Origin: an uncultured Actinomycetes bacterium
GTDB taxonomy: Bacteria; Actinomycetota; UBA4738; JBBDTT01
Direction of reading: 5' to 3'
Length of the DNA: 64,000 bases
Assembly (NCBI GenBank): GCA_963742735.1
Contig: CAVUMN010000003.1
Coordinates: 448,001-512,000, forward strand
Below are positions 23,232 to 32,729 of this stretch, piece by piece (position 1 is the stretch's first letter; every line of letters starts with the position of its first letter). The notes under the pieces are model-generated. The model did no database searches. It had not been told where the DNA came from and was given only the letters and a program-made list of their open reading frames with translations. Made by a program: the position numbers and the translations under genes.

Positions 23232-24037
23232 GCGGGGTCCGAACGATGCTGGAGCTCGCCGACCGCGTGGTCCAGATCGAGCGCGGGGGCGACGGCCCGC
23301 CGGTCGTGTACCTCCACGGCGCACTGGGCGAGGGGTACTGGCTGGAGTTCCATGAGCGGCTGGCGGACGCGGGGTTCGACGTGATCGTCCCCGCGTTCCC
23401 CGGCTACTGGGACTCGAGCCGTCCCGACTGGATCCAGACGGCCGACGACCTGGCGCTGCACACGCTGGACGTCCTGGACGCGCTGGGGCTGGAGCGGGCC
23501 GCCTTGGTCGGGTCGTCGCTCGGCGGCTGGGTGGCCGCCGCGCTGGCCGTCATGCGTCCCGAACGGGTGGCCGGCCTGGTGCTGGTCGGGCCGCTGGGCC
23601 TTCGCCCGGAGGGCCCCGAGTCGCCCGACCTGTTCGCCCTCCAGCCGTTCGAATCGGTCGAGGCCCTGTTCGCGGACCCGGACACCGACTTCGCCCGGCT
23701 GATGGCGTCGATCGACCTGGACGACCCGCCGGACGAGGAGATCGTCCTCCCGTTGCTCCAGACGTTCGAGGCGACCGCCAGGTACGCCTGGCGCCCGTAC
23801 GACCCGAGGCTGGGCGAGCGCCTTCGATTCGCTCGGGTTCCCGCGCTGGTCCTGGCGGGCGCGGAGGACCGGTTCCTCGAGGCGGGCACCCCCGAGCGAT
23901 GGGCGGCCATGCTTCCCGACGCACGGACCGGCCGCGTCGCCGGCGCCGGGCACCTGCCCGTGCTCGAGCGGCCGGAGGCGACGGCGGCCGAGGTGGCCGG
24001 GTTCCTCTCCGGAGGCCATTCCGGGCCGCTGGCCTAA
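23228..24037 (+). CDS. Alpha/beta fold hydrolase
   Basis: LHG, GSSLGG nucleophile elbow, GH catalytic His. Confidence 0.9.
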   Translation: MSGVRTMLELADRVVQIERGGDGPPVVYLHGALGEGYWLEFHERLADAGFDVIVPAFPGYWDSSRPDWIQTADDLALHTLDVLDALGLERAALVGSSLGGWVAAALAVMRPERVAGLVLVGPLGLRPEGPESPDLFALQPFESVEALFADPDTDFARLMASIDLDDPPDEEIVLPLLQTFEATARYAWRPYDPRLGERLRFARVPALVLAGAEDRFLEAGTPERWAAMLPDARTGRVAGAGHLPVLERPEATAAEVAGFLSGGHSGPLA

Positions 24038-24049
24038 GATTCCGGCGCC

Positions 24050-26590
24050 ATGTCACAGAGCAACCTGACGCGCGACGAGGCCCGCGGGCGGGCCGGCCTG
24101 TTCTCCGACCTGGCCTACGAGGTCTCGGTCGACCTGGCCGAGGCCGACGAGGAGACCTTCCGTTCGGACACGCGCCTCCAGTTCCGCTGCGCGCAGCCCG
24201 GGGCGTCCTCGTTCGTCGACCTCACGGCTCGTTCGATCGAGTCGGTCCAGCTGAACGGCCGCACGCTCGAGCCCTCGGTGCACGACGGATCCCGGCTGCA
24301 TATCGAGAACCTCGCCACCCAGAACGAGCTGCGGGTGGTCGCCCGCTGCGAGTACCGGCACGACGGCACCGGGATGACCCGGTTCGTCGACCCGGTCGAC
24401 GACGCCGTCTACGTCTACTCCGACCTGGAGCCGATGGACGCCCACAAGGCGTTCGCCTGCTTCGACCAGCCCGACCTCAAGGGAACGTTCGCCTTCACGG
24501 TCCGGGCCCCGGAGGGGTGGACCGTCCTGTCCAACATGTCTCCCGAGGGCGAGCCGGAGGCCACGGACGGCGCGCGCGTGTGGCGGTTCGGGACCACGCC
24601 CGTGATCCCGACCTACATCACCGCGGTCGTCGCCGGACCGATGTTCGCCGCGAAGGGCCGGGCCGGCGACATCGAGCTCGGGGTGTACTGCCGGGCCTCG
24701 CTCGGCCAGCACCTCGACACGGACGAGATTCTGGAGATCACGCGGCAGGGCTTCGAGTTCTTCGAGCGGGCGTTCGACTATCCGTACCCGTTCCAGAAGT
24801 ACGACCAGGTCTTCGTGCCCAACTACATGGCGGGGGCGATGGAGAACGCCGGGTGCGTGACCTTCAACGAGCACTACGTGTTCCGTTCCCGCGAGACCGA
24901 GGTCGTGCACGAGCGCCGAGCCGAGACGATCCTGCACGAGATGGCCCACATGTGGTTCGGGGATCTGGTGACCATGCGGTGGTGGAACGACCTGTGGCTG
25001 AACGAGAGCTTCGCGTCGTACGCCTCGGTCCTGGCGGTCGTCGCCGGGACCCGGTTCCGTGAGGGATGGACGACGTTCGCCGAGACCGAGAAGCACTGGG
25101 CCTACCGCCAGGACCAGCTCCCGACCACCCACCCGATCGTGGCGGAGATCCCCGACGTGGAGTCGGTGCATCTGAACTTCGACGGCATCACGTACGCGAA
25201 GGGTGCCTCGGTCCTCAAGCAGCTGGTCGCCTGGGTGGGGGAGGAGCGGTTCCTGGAGGGAACCCGCGCCTACTTCCGCAAGCACGAGTTCGGCAACGCC
25301 GAGCTCGACGACTTCCTCGGCGCGTTGGAGGAGGCCTCAGGACGGGACCTGCATGCCTGGTCGAAGGAGTGGCTGGAGGCGGCCGGCGTGAACACCCTGC
25401 ACCCGGAGCTCCAGGAGCGCGACGGGCGCCTCGAGTCGGTTCGGATCGTCCAGACGGCACCGGAGGCGTGGCCGACGCTGCGGTCGCACCGGCTGGCGGT
25501 CGGGCTGTACGACCGGCGGAGCGAGGGGCTGGTCCTGCGGCGGCGTGTCGAGCTCGACGTCGTCGGAGGCGAGACCGACATCCCCGAGCTGGCCGGGGAG
25601 GCCGTGCCGGACCTCCTGCTGCTCAACGACGAGGACATGACCTTCGCGAAGGTCCGGCTGGACGAGCGGTCACTGGCCACCCTGGGTGAGGACCTCTCCC
25701 AGCTGCCGGACTCGCTGGCGCGGGCGGTGTGCTGGACCGCGGCCTGGGACATGACCCGCGACGGCGAGCTCCCCGCCCGCGAGTATCTCCGGCTCGTCAT
25801 CCTGCACGCCGAGCGGGAGCCGAAGGTCGGCCTGGTCCAGACCCTGCTCGGCCAGGCCCTGTCCGCGATCCACGCCTACGGCGATCCCGCGAACGCGCCG
25901 GGGGCCCTCCAGGCGCTCGCCGAGGCCGCGCGCGGGGCCCTCGACCGGGCCGAGGCGGGGAGCGACCACCAACTCACCTGGGCGAGGGCGTTCGCGGACG
26001 CGGCTGGGTCGGACGAGCACCTCGCCCTGCTCCAGGCAATCCTCGACGGCTCCTCGTCCTACGACGGCCTCGAGGTCGACACGGAGTTCCGCTGGTACCT
26101 GGTCCGCGCGCTCGCCGGAAAGGGCCGGCTGGACCAGGCCGGCATCGAGGCGGAGCTCGAGCGCGATCCGACCGACGCCGGGCGGCGCCGGGCCGGGGCC
26201 GCGATGGCCGCACGGCCGACCGAGGCGGCCAAGGCCGAGGCGTGGCGGAGCATCCTGGAGGACACCTCGCGTCCGCTCGCCCACCTGGGCGACGTGATGG
26301 CCGGGTTCCAGCAGCTCGGGCAGCTCGACCTGCTCGAGCCCTACGTGGCCCCCTTCTTCGACGCACTGCCGGGCGTCTGGGAGAACCGGGAGCTGCGGTT
26401 CATGCTCGGGTTCGGCCGGTCCATGTATCCGCATCAGGTGGTGTCGGAGGACACGGTGTGGGCCACGGACGCGTACCTGGAGCGCCCCGATGTGCCCGGC
26501 CCGGTACGCAGGATGCTCCTGGAGGGGCGCGACGGGGTCGTTCGCGCGATCCGAGCGCGGGCGGTCGACGCCGCCGCCGGCTCGGGCTAG
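24050..26590 (+). CDS. pepN: Aminopeptidase N (M1 family)
   Basis: GAMEN, HEMAHMWFGDLV...WLNESFA, YAKG; actinobacterial NLTRDEA start. Confidence 0.96.
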   Translation: MSQSNLTRDEARGRAGLFSDLAYEVSVDLAEADEETFRSDTRLQFRCAQPGASSFVDLTARSIESVQLNGRTLEPSVHDGSRLHIENLATQNELRVVARCEYRHDGTGMTRFVDPVDDAVYVYSDLEPMDAHKAFACFDQPDLKGTFAFTVRAPEGWTVLSNMSPEGEPEATDGARVWRFGTTPVIPTYITAVVAGPMFAAKGRAGDIELGVYCRASLGQHLDTDEILEITRQGFEFFERAFDYPYPFQKYDQVFVPNYMAGAMENAGCVTFNEHYVFRSRETEVVHERRAETILHEMAHMWFGDLVTMRWWNDLWLNESFASYASVLAVVAGTRFREGWTTFAETEKHWAYRQDQLPTTHPIVAEIPDVESVHLNFDGITYAKGASVLKQLVAWVGEERFLEGTRAYFRKHEFGNAELDDFLGALEEASGRDLHAWSKEWLEAAGVNTLHPELQERDGRLESVRIVQTAPEAWPTLRSHRLAVGLYDRRSEGLVLRRRVELDVVGGETDIPELAGEAVPDLLLLNDEDMTFAKVRLDERSLATLGEDLSQLPDSLARAVCWTAAWDMTRDGELPAREYLRLVILHAEREPKVGLVQTLLGQALSAIHAYGDPANAPGALQALAEAARGALDRAEAGSDHQLTWARAFADAAGSDEHLALLQAILDGSSSYDGLEVDTEFRWYLVRALAGKGRLDQAGIEAELERDPTDAGRRRAGAAMAARPTEAAKAEAWRSILEDTSRPLAHLGDVMAGFQQLGQLDLLEPYVAPFFDALPGVWENRELRFMLGFGRSMYPHQVVSEDTVWATDAYLERPDVPGPVRRMLLEGRDGVVRAIRARAVDAAAGSG

Positions 26591-27294
26591 AGGCCGGCCA
26601 GGCGCCGGAGCGCCTCGACCTTCATCAGCACGTACCGCCGGCCCTCGCGGCGGACGATCCGGCGCCGGGCGAGATCCGACAGGATGCGGGTCACGTTCTC
26701 GCGGCTGCCCCCCGACAGGCTTGCCAGGTCGGCGTGGGTGACCTCGGACGGAACCATCGCGCCGTCCTCCGGGAGCTCGTCGAAGCTCGGGCTCACCAGG
26801 CCGAGAAGGCGTTTCGCGACCCGGCCTTTGAGGTCGAGGAACAGCAGGTCTTCGACGAGGGCGTCGTGGGCCTGCACCTGGCGGCTCAGCGCACGGAGCA
26901 GCGCCCGCGACGCCGACGGGTTCGACTCGAGGAAGGCGATGAACACCTCGGGCTCGACGGACCACGTGCGGCTGTCGTCGACGGCGAGCGCCGTGGCCGT
27001 TCGGGGCTGCTCTCCGAGTGACGAGAGCTCCCCGAAGAACTGCGGCTGGTCGATGGTCGTGTGGAGCTGGCGATGCCCGCTCGCGGACAGCGAGGAGATC
27101 TCGATCCGACCCTCGTCGAGGAAGAACACGGGGCCGGGAGGGTCGCCCTGGTGAAACAGATACGTCCCGCGCCGGTACTGGTGGACCACCCCGGCCGCGG
27201 CTAGGTCTGCCGCCGCGGCCTGGGGGAGACCGGCAAGGAGCGGCTGCTCGGACATGCGCCGTCCCAGCTGGCGCGCGGAGGTCGGTGGAGCCAT
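26587..27294 (-). CDS. Crp/Fnr family transcriptional regulator (alternative start 27255)
   Basis: Phosphate-binding cassette FGELSSL...RTATA; HTH SRENVTRIL. Confidence 0.93.
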   Translation of the reverse strand: MAPPTSARQLGRRMSEQPLLAGLPQAAAADLAAAGVVHQYRRGTYLFHQGDPPGPVFFLDEGRIEISSLSASGHRQLHTTIDQPQFFGELSSLGEQPRTATALAVDDSRTWSVEPEVFIAFLESNPSASRALLRALSRQVQAHDALVEDLLFLDLKGRVAKRLLGLVSPSFDELPEDGAMVPSEVTHADLASLSGGSRENVTRILSDLARRRIVRREGRRYVLMKVEALRRLAGL

Positions 27295-27329
27295 GCGCGC
27301 GAGCCTAGCGAAGGAGAAGCCGAGACGCG

Positions 27330-27357
27330 AAGGAGCCCGGCTCGCGCCGGGCTCCTT
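27330..27357 (-). terminator. Hairpin downstream of the repeat-peptide gene
   Basis: Perfect 12-bp stem AAGGAGCCCGGC/GCCGGGCTCCTT with 4-nt loop. Confidence 0.75.
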
Positions 27358-27381
27358 GCATTGATGTGTGGAGCTTTGGTG

Positions 27382-27657
27382 TTAGGCCTTGCTCGCCCGG
27401 GTCGCCCGGGTCGCGCGCGTCGCGCGAGTCGCCCGCGTGGCGCGGGTCGCACGCGTCGCCCGCACCGCCTTGGTGGCGCGCACCGCCTTCGTGGCACGCA
27501 CGGCCTTGGTGGCCCGCACCGCCTTCGTCGCCCGCACGGCCTTGGTGGCCCGCACCGCCTTGTTCGCCCGAACCGCCTTGGCCTGGGAGGCCTTGTGGGT
27601 CGTGCTGCCGGTCGTGGCCTTGGCCCCCGGCGCCTTCGGCTGGATCTTCTTCTCCAT
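27382..27657 (-). CDS. 91-aa cationic repeat peptide: 26-aa unique N-terminus + 7x KAVRA(T/N) + 7x RA(T/S) + KA
   Basis: Strong GGAGGAGGTG RBS; repeat units differ almost only at synonymous third codon positions in this frame; terminator follows. Confidence 0.85.
   Translation of the reverse strand: MEKKIQPKAPGAKATTGSTTHKASQAKAVRANKAVRATKAVRATKAVRATKAVRATKAVRATKAVRATRATRATRATRATRATRATRASKA
27391..27579 (-). repeat. Coding tandem repeat: 7 x 18 bp followed by 7 x 9 bp
   Basis: Units such as ggtggcccgcaccgcctt and ggtcgcccg read directly from the + strand. Confidence 0.95.
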
Positions 27658-27726
27658 CGTCTGTCACCTCCTCCGTGATGTGGATTCTCTCTACGCGAAT
27701 GCTCCGCCCGACGCCAAGGTTCGCGC

Positions 27727-27766
27727 TGTGTCGCGCGTCACCGTTCGGAGTGTGTTGCTCGTCACC
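27727..27766. promoter_or_regulatory. Two tandem CRP-like boxes (TGTGT-N6-TCACC) upstream of the repeat peptide
   Basis: TGTGTCGCGCGTCACC at 27727-27742 and TGTGTTGCTCGTCACC at 27751-27766; 24-bp period; each matches TGTGA-N6-TCACA at 8/10. Confidence 0.7.
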
Positions 27767-27778
27767 TTCGCCGGAGGG

Positions 27779-27988
27779 TCAGTCGAGCTCGGGGAGGTCC
27801 AGCGGGTCCGGGCGCGGCGAGCAGGCGCCGCAGAACAAGGCGTCCTCGACGACGAGCGCCTTGCGGACGTTGCCGCTGCGGAACAGCTCCAGGATGTAGG
27901 GATGCTCCTGGGCATGGTCCTCGCACACGCCCCGGCCGCAGAATCGGCAGGAGCCCACGGCGGTCCTTCGACAGTGCCAGCAGTCCAC
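27779..27988 (-). CDS. Small Cys-rich putative zinc-binding protein
   Basis: CWHC, CRFC, CEDH, CGAC in 69 aa; GAGGAG RBS. Confidence 0.8.
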   Translation of the reverse strand: MDCWHCRRTAVGSCRFCGRGVCEDHAQEHPYILELFRSGNVRKALVVEDALFCGACSPRPDPLDLPELD

Positions 27989-28001
27989 GCGCTCTCCTCG
28001 C

Positions 28002-30158
28002 TCAGTGTTCCCAGGATCGGTTGGGTGAACTATGCGGGTTCAGGGTCCCCCGGCGAAATGCCCGCGCGACCAGCTTCCGAAACGCCCGCCGCTCGAGCCT
28101 GAAGGCGCGAACGGGGGTCTTGGCTCTGATGGTGGCGGTGCGGGGGACGTCGAGCAGCAGCGCCACCTCGCCGAAGTAGTCGCCCGGGCCCAGGGTGGCG
28201 ACCACCTTACGGTTCTGCACCACCTCGAGCCGGCCCGAGGCGATCGCGTAGAACGCGTCGCCGACCGCGCCCTGGCGCATCACCACCGTCCCCGGCGGGA
28301 AGCTCTCCCAGGAACCCTCCTGCCGGAGCGACGCGAGCTGGTCGGGCTCCAGGTGGGCGAACGCCGGGAGCCCCCGGAGCTCCGCCGCCTCCTGCAGTGT
28401 GGGCGCGAACTCCGGGATGTTGATCATGTCGGCGAGCAGGCGCTCGAAGGAGCTCTTGTCCACCTCGAAGACCTCGGACTCCTCCACCGCCACGACCGAG
28501 GCCGTTCGCGGCGCCGACGCCAGGAGCCCGAGCTCGCCGAACGAGTCGCCACGGCTCTGCAGCCGGATCGTTCGCCGTTCGCCGGTCTCGGGATCCTCCT
28601 CGACGATGGCGAACGTTCCCTTGCGCACCACGTAGAAGGCCTCGGCCCGCTCGCCCTGACGGATCACGGGGCGCCCCCGGGGCACGCGGCGAAGCCCGAC
28701 GCGGCCGGCGACGTCGTTCAGGACGTCCACCGGGACGTCGTCGAAGACCGGAAGCGCGTCGATCAGCTGCGCGGCCTCGACCCTCCAGTCGCGCTCGACC
28801 CGGAACCGGAGCCGCTTGAGCAGCCGCTTGATCCCGCGCACGGCCGCGCGGACCACGGCCACGCCCGCCCGGATGAGGGGGCCGCCGACGAACAGCGCGA
28901 GCGCCAGAAGCACGAGCCGTCCGGTGAGCCCACCCCGCCACAGGCCGCGGACGAGACCGCCGAACACCGACTCCCAGAAGAAGTAGGCCGCGTAGAACGA
29001 CAGGACGGTCACGGCGAACCCGACGATCCCGTAGATGGCGAGACCCCACTCTCGACGGGTGAGGCCCTGGCGCTTCCACAGCCGCCGCGGGAGCTCGTGC
29101 CGGACGAACGCCAGCGACCGGGGTCGCAGGTCGGGGATCTGGATCCCGTCCGCCAGGATCCAGTAGCCGTCCAGCTCCAGCAGGGGAAGGCTGTTGATGA
29201 ACACGTTGAGGTAGGCCAGGACGGTGAACTTGTAGAGGAGCGGGGTGATCGCCGCCTCAGGCATCGCCCAGACCAGGGCGGAGAAGGTCCCCGCGACGAT
29301 CAGCCCGGCGTACGGGCCGGCGGCCGACTGCACGATCCGCTCGCGCTGCTCGAGCATCAGCCCGTCCGACGATTCGATGAAGAACGCCGGCGAGCCGAAG
29401 AAGATGAAGAAGCCGGCCGCTTTCACCCGGCGCCCGTAGTGCACCAGGACCAGGGCGTGGCCGAGCTCGTGGATGAAGATGTGCAGCATCTGCAGCCCGA
29501 GCAGGATCAGCGCTCCCAGGGCGATCGACTCGGCGCCGATCGTGAACTGCCCCGACTGCACGTTGTCCAGGAAGGCCATCAGCCCGACCATTACCACGAG
29601 CAGCGAGACGACCTGGGCGCGGACGGTGAAGAGCTGGCGGAACCCGTGCTCGTAGAGCCACCGGACGAAGCGGTCGGCGGTCTTCCACTCAAGCCGCAGG
29701 GTGGTGACGAACTCTCGCGCCCGCGCGCCCAGCGCCGTTCGAGGATGCAGGGCCTTGTCCAGGGCGCCCTCGGCGTCGAGGTAGGTGGTGTCGAGGAAGC
29801 CGCCGACGTGCAGCTGGTACACGAGATCGGCCACGCCGGAGAGCTCCAGCTCGCCGGACTCCTGGAACCGTTCCACGACGAGCTCACGAACGGTGCGGGT
29901 GCCGTCCATCAGCGGGAGCAGGTCCGCCTCGTTCCAGTCGAGCCGGTAATGCAGGAGCTCGCGAGGGTTGGCGATCATCGCGTAGTTGTCGCCGAGCCGG
30001 ACCTCGAACCGCCGGATCTCGATGTCGTCCATGAGACGCGGGCGAAACTCACCGAGGTCGGTCAGCTCATGGAGCCGGTCCCACACCCCGACGTGGTGAC
30101 GGGAGCGGCGATGGAGACCATCGGAAACGCTCGCCCAGACGTCGAGCGCCTCCGGCAT
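28002..30158 (-). CDS. PqqD/RRE-like domain + M50 intramembrane zinc metalloprotease + two cyclic-nucleotide-binding domains
   Basis: [21 protein letters not shown] (RRE-like), [28 protein letters not shown] and FGEVALL..PRTAT; TGATG overlap with upstream gene. Confidence 0.9.
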   Translation of the reverse strand: MPEALDVWASVSDGLHRRSRHHVGVWDRLHELTDLGEFRPRLMDDIEIRRFEVRLGDNYAMIANPRELLHYRLDWNEADLLPLMDGTRTVRELVVERFQESGELELSGVADLVYQLHVGGFLDTTYLDAEGALDKALHPRTALGARAREFVTTLRLEWKTADRFVRWLYEHGFRQLFTVRAQVVSLLVVMVGLMAFLDNVQSGQFTIGAESIALGALILLGLQMLHIFIHELGHALVLVHYGRRVKAAGFFIFFGSPAFFIESSDGLMLEQRERIVQSAAGPYAGLIVAGTFSALVWAMPEAAITPLLYKFTVLAYLNVFINSLPLLELDGYWILADGIQIPDLRPRSLAFVRHELPRRLWKRQGLTRREWGLAIYGIVGFAVTVLSFYAAYFFWESVFGGLVRGLWRGGLTGRLVLLALALFVGGPLIRAGVAVVRAAVRGIKRLLKRLRFRVERDWRVEAAQLIDALPVFDDVPVDVLNDVAGRVGLRRVPRGRPVIRQGERAEAFYVVRKGTFAIVEEDPETGERRTIRLQSRGDSFGELGLLASAPRTASVVAVEESEVFEVDKSSFERLLADMINIPEFAPTLQEAAELRGLPAFAHLEPDQLASLRQEGSWESFPPGTVVMRQGAVGDAFYAIASGRLEVVQNRKVVATLGPGDYFGEVALLLDVPRTATIRAKTPVRAFRLERRAFRKLVARAFRRGTLNPHSSPNRSWEH

Positions 30159-31033
30159 CAGCCGGTTCGGCCCCCGGAACGCCCGCGGGCGGAGGCCTTC
30201 TTCGCGGGAGCCTTCTTGGCCGGAGCCTTCTTGGCCGGGGCCTTCTTGGCCGGGGCCTTCTTGGCCGGGGCCTTCTTCGCGGGAGCCTTCTTGGCCGGGG
30301 CCTTCTTGGCGGGGGCCTTCCTGGCGGGAGCCACCTTGGCCGGAGCCACCTTGGCGGGAGCCACCTTGGCGGGCGCGATCACGGCGTCGGGCCCCGGCTT
30401 GACGTCCATCCGGTCTCGCACCGCTCCGTACACCGAGGCGGTCTTCGGCTTGCGCTTTGCGGAGGTGGTCGCGCCGATGACCCCCCCGGCGAACAGCGCC
30501 ACGGCCGCGGCGAGCAGGACGGAGGTCCACGTGATGGACGACCGCTCCGCGGCGGGGGATCCCAGCTCGATCGGCCCGGCCCGCGAGGGGCCCTCGCCGA
30601 GGGCCTGGGCGACCAGCCGTGAACCGGGCGGCGGATCGGTGAGGAAGCGGATCGGGATCGTCAGCCGAAGCTCCTTGCCCTTGCTACGGATCTCGACGTC
30701 GGCGGGCGTGAGGCCGAAGAAGGCCCCGCGCAACTCGTCCTCGTCCAGGAACGACGTGGTGACGGCCCCGCGGATGCCGACCGAGAAGAGCGCCGGCTCG
30801 ATCTCGAGGGTCTCGACGATGACGCCGTTGGTCTTCAGGGACAGCTCGATCCGCTGGATCCTTCGGAAGCCGCGAGCGTGGGTGAGTCGGAGCTGAGCCA
30901 CGACCCGCTCGCCGTTGGCGAGCTCGCCGTCGATCTCGCCGCTGATCTTCAGTGCGTCCGTCTGAGCCTCGGCAGCCCCCGCGGACAGGAGGAGGCCACC
31001 GACGAGGAACGCGGACATCCAGGCACGACGCAC
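30158..31033 (-). CDS. Signal peptide + extracytoplasmic domain + TM helix + Lys-rich APAKK-repeat tail protein
   Basis: AGAAEA-Q signal cleavage pattern, TM helix [19 protein letters not shown], 12 pentapeptide repeats. Confidence 0.75.
   Translation of the reverse strand: MRRAWMSAFLVGGLLLSAGAAEAQTDALKISGEIDGELANGERVVAQLRLTHARGFRRIQRIELSLKTNGVIVETLEIEPALFSVGIRGAVTTSFLDEDELRGAFFGLTPADVEIRSKGKELRLTIPIRFLTDPPPGSRLVAQALGEGPSRAGPIELGSPAAERSSITWTSVLLAAAVALFAGGVIGATTSAKRKPKTASVYGAVRDRMDVKPGPDAVIAPAKVAPAKVAPAKVAPARKAPAKKAPAKKAPAKKAPAKKAPAKKAPAKKAPAKKAPAKKASARGRSGGRTG
30197..30376 (-). repeat. 12 x 15-bp coding repeat (8 APAKK, 1 APARK, 3 APAKV)
   Basis: Units such as cttcttggccggggc read directly. 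Confidence 0.95.
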
Positions 31034-31075
31034 ACCCGGGAGTCTACCGAGGGAGCCGCCGAGGGGTGAAACTCG

Positions 31076-32680
31076 TCAGAGACCGGGGATCAGGGCGATG
31101 CCGCTCACGTCCACCAGCCGAACCGCCCACACGTTGCGTTTCGGAGGGAAGCCGACCGCATCGAACGTCAGCCGATGCGGGCCCGAGCCGAGAGCCTGCA
31201 CGGGCAGGACGAAGGTCTGTGGCAGGCCCCAACGGCCGGCGGCGCTGGGGGCGAGGTGTCCGACCGGGGTCCCGTCGAGCTCGATGAGGACCTCCCCTGC
31301 CGACACATCGAAGCCTCGAGCGGTGATCGTCACCAGGCCCTCCGACGCGGGCAGCCGGTAGCTGACCCGGTCGGCGAACGTCGTCTCGTAGCCGGGGACG
31401 AAGCCGTGCGCGGCCCGATCCGTGACCGGGCGCGGCCCCGGGACCAGGGAGACGCGACGCACTCCCCACTGCGGCCAGGGAGGGTTCGCCGAGCGGGTGG
31501 TGAACGCGATCGTGTTCCGGGCGTGATCGAGGATCCCTGCCGGCAGCGGAAGGGTCCGTCGCGTGGTCCACGTCACGGGCCCGCGGGCGAGCGTCGCCAC
31601 CCGCTTCCAGTTGACCAGGACGGACACCGCACCCTCTTCGATCGCGAAGAGCTCGTAGTCGAGGTCCCACGCGCCGGCGCGGCGCCCGACGTGGAAGACG
31701 ACCTCTCGGGGGTGCGAGGTGTCGCCCGCCGGGAGGTTGCCGTACGCGTCGAACCGCGTGCCGAGCGTGAGTGGCGACGGGACGCTCTGCGCGGGTGTGG
31801 GGGCGACGTCGGCCAGCGCGTTCCAGTCGGCCCGGTCCGAGGTGCCGACGTCGTACATGCTCGCCCCGAGGACGCCGAACTCGCGCGCGGCGTGGACGAA
31901 CCCGCGCATCCCGGCCGGCCCCACGGCGTCGGCGATGCCCCCGATCGGGTGGATCGGCATCGTCCGGCGACCGGTCCGCGCCCGGATGCCCTCGATCGAG
32001 GCGCGCGTGAACTCGTACGCGGCGGCCTCGCCGTCGGAGCGGAAGGTCCAGTAGCCCATCGGCAGGAACACGTCGTAGAGGCGCCCGAGGTCCTTGAACG
32101 GGAATTCCGGCCAGTATCCGGGGCTGTAGTCGAGCAGGGGAGGGGGCAGCACGATGGCCCCCAGGGCGTACCCGGGGCCGACGGCCTCTCGAACCTTCCT
32201 CGACAGGGCGATGGCGCGACGGCTGCGCTCCCAGTACTGCGGGACCCGGGTGGACTCGATGTCCATCCCGAACGAGTCGAACCGTTGTCCGGTCGAGGAG
32301 CGGAAGCGGATCGCCGCCAGCGAGCGATGCAGGTCGAGGCCGAGGTCGGTGAACCCCGGCACGTACCAGGCTACGACCTTGATCCCTCGCGCATGGGCGG
32401 CGTCCAGGAAGCGTCCGATGAGGCCGGGCCACATGACGGCCTCCGGCATCTGGTAGTTGGAGGTCTCGAGGAACAGCGTGCGGGTCCCCCGTGCCGCGAT
32501 CCTCGCCACCGTCCCCTCGGGGTTCGCGAGCAGGGCGGGGTCGTACAGGTCCACCCACGCGCCGATCCCCTGATATGCGGACAGATCGGGCGCGGCGGCT
32601 CCGGCGGGGGTTCCGCTCGGGAACGCGAGCGTGCCCAGCAACAGCGCGAGGACGAGGATCCCTCGGGGAACGGGGCGCAT
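31076..32680 (-). CDS. Secreted protein with glycoside-hydrolase-like TIM-barrel N-terminus and beta-rich C-terminal domains
   Basis: Signal peptide; HARGIKVVAW, FGMDIES, FLPMGYW. Confidence 0.7.
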   Translation of the reverse strand: MRPVPRGILVLALLLGTLAFPSGTPAGAAAPDLSAYQGIGAWVDLYDPALLANPEGTVARIAARGTRTLFLETSNYQMPEAVMWPGLIGRFLDAAHARGIKVVAWYVPGFTDLGLDLHRSLAAIRFRSSTGQRFDSFGMDIESTRVPQYWERSRRAIALSRKVREAVGPGYALGAIVLPPPLLDYSPGYWPEFPFKDLGRLYDVFLPMGYWTFRSDGEAAAYEFTRASIEGIRARTGRRTMPIHPIGGIADAVGPAGMRGFVHAAREFGVLGASMYDVGTSDRADWNALADVAPTPAQSVPSPLTLGTRFDAYGNLPAGDTSHPREVVFHVGRRAGAWDLDYELFAIEEGAVSVLVNWKRVATLARGPVTWTTRRTLPLPAGILDHARNTIAFTTRSANPPWPQWGVRRVSLVPGPRPVTDRAAHGFVPGYETTFADRVSYRLPASEGLVTITARGFDVSAGEVLIELDGTPVGHLAPSAAGRWGLPQTFVLPVQALGSGPHRLTFDAVGFPPKRNVWAVRLVDVSGIALIPGL

Positions 32681-32729
32681 CGTGGAACCATTTCGCTGCG
32701 GGCGGGGCGAGTTCCTTTACCCTCCGCCC

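Noticed and set aside
27391-27579. Repeat tract as a CRISPR array or non-coding VNTR
   Set aside because: No spacers; unit lengths are multiples of 3 with synonymous variation inside an ORF with an RBS.
27389-28102. Plus-strand ORF encoding (VAR)n repeats
   Set aside because: Antisense mirror of the peptide gene; no RBS, and it overlaps two better-supported minus-strand genes.
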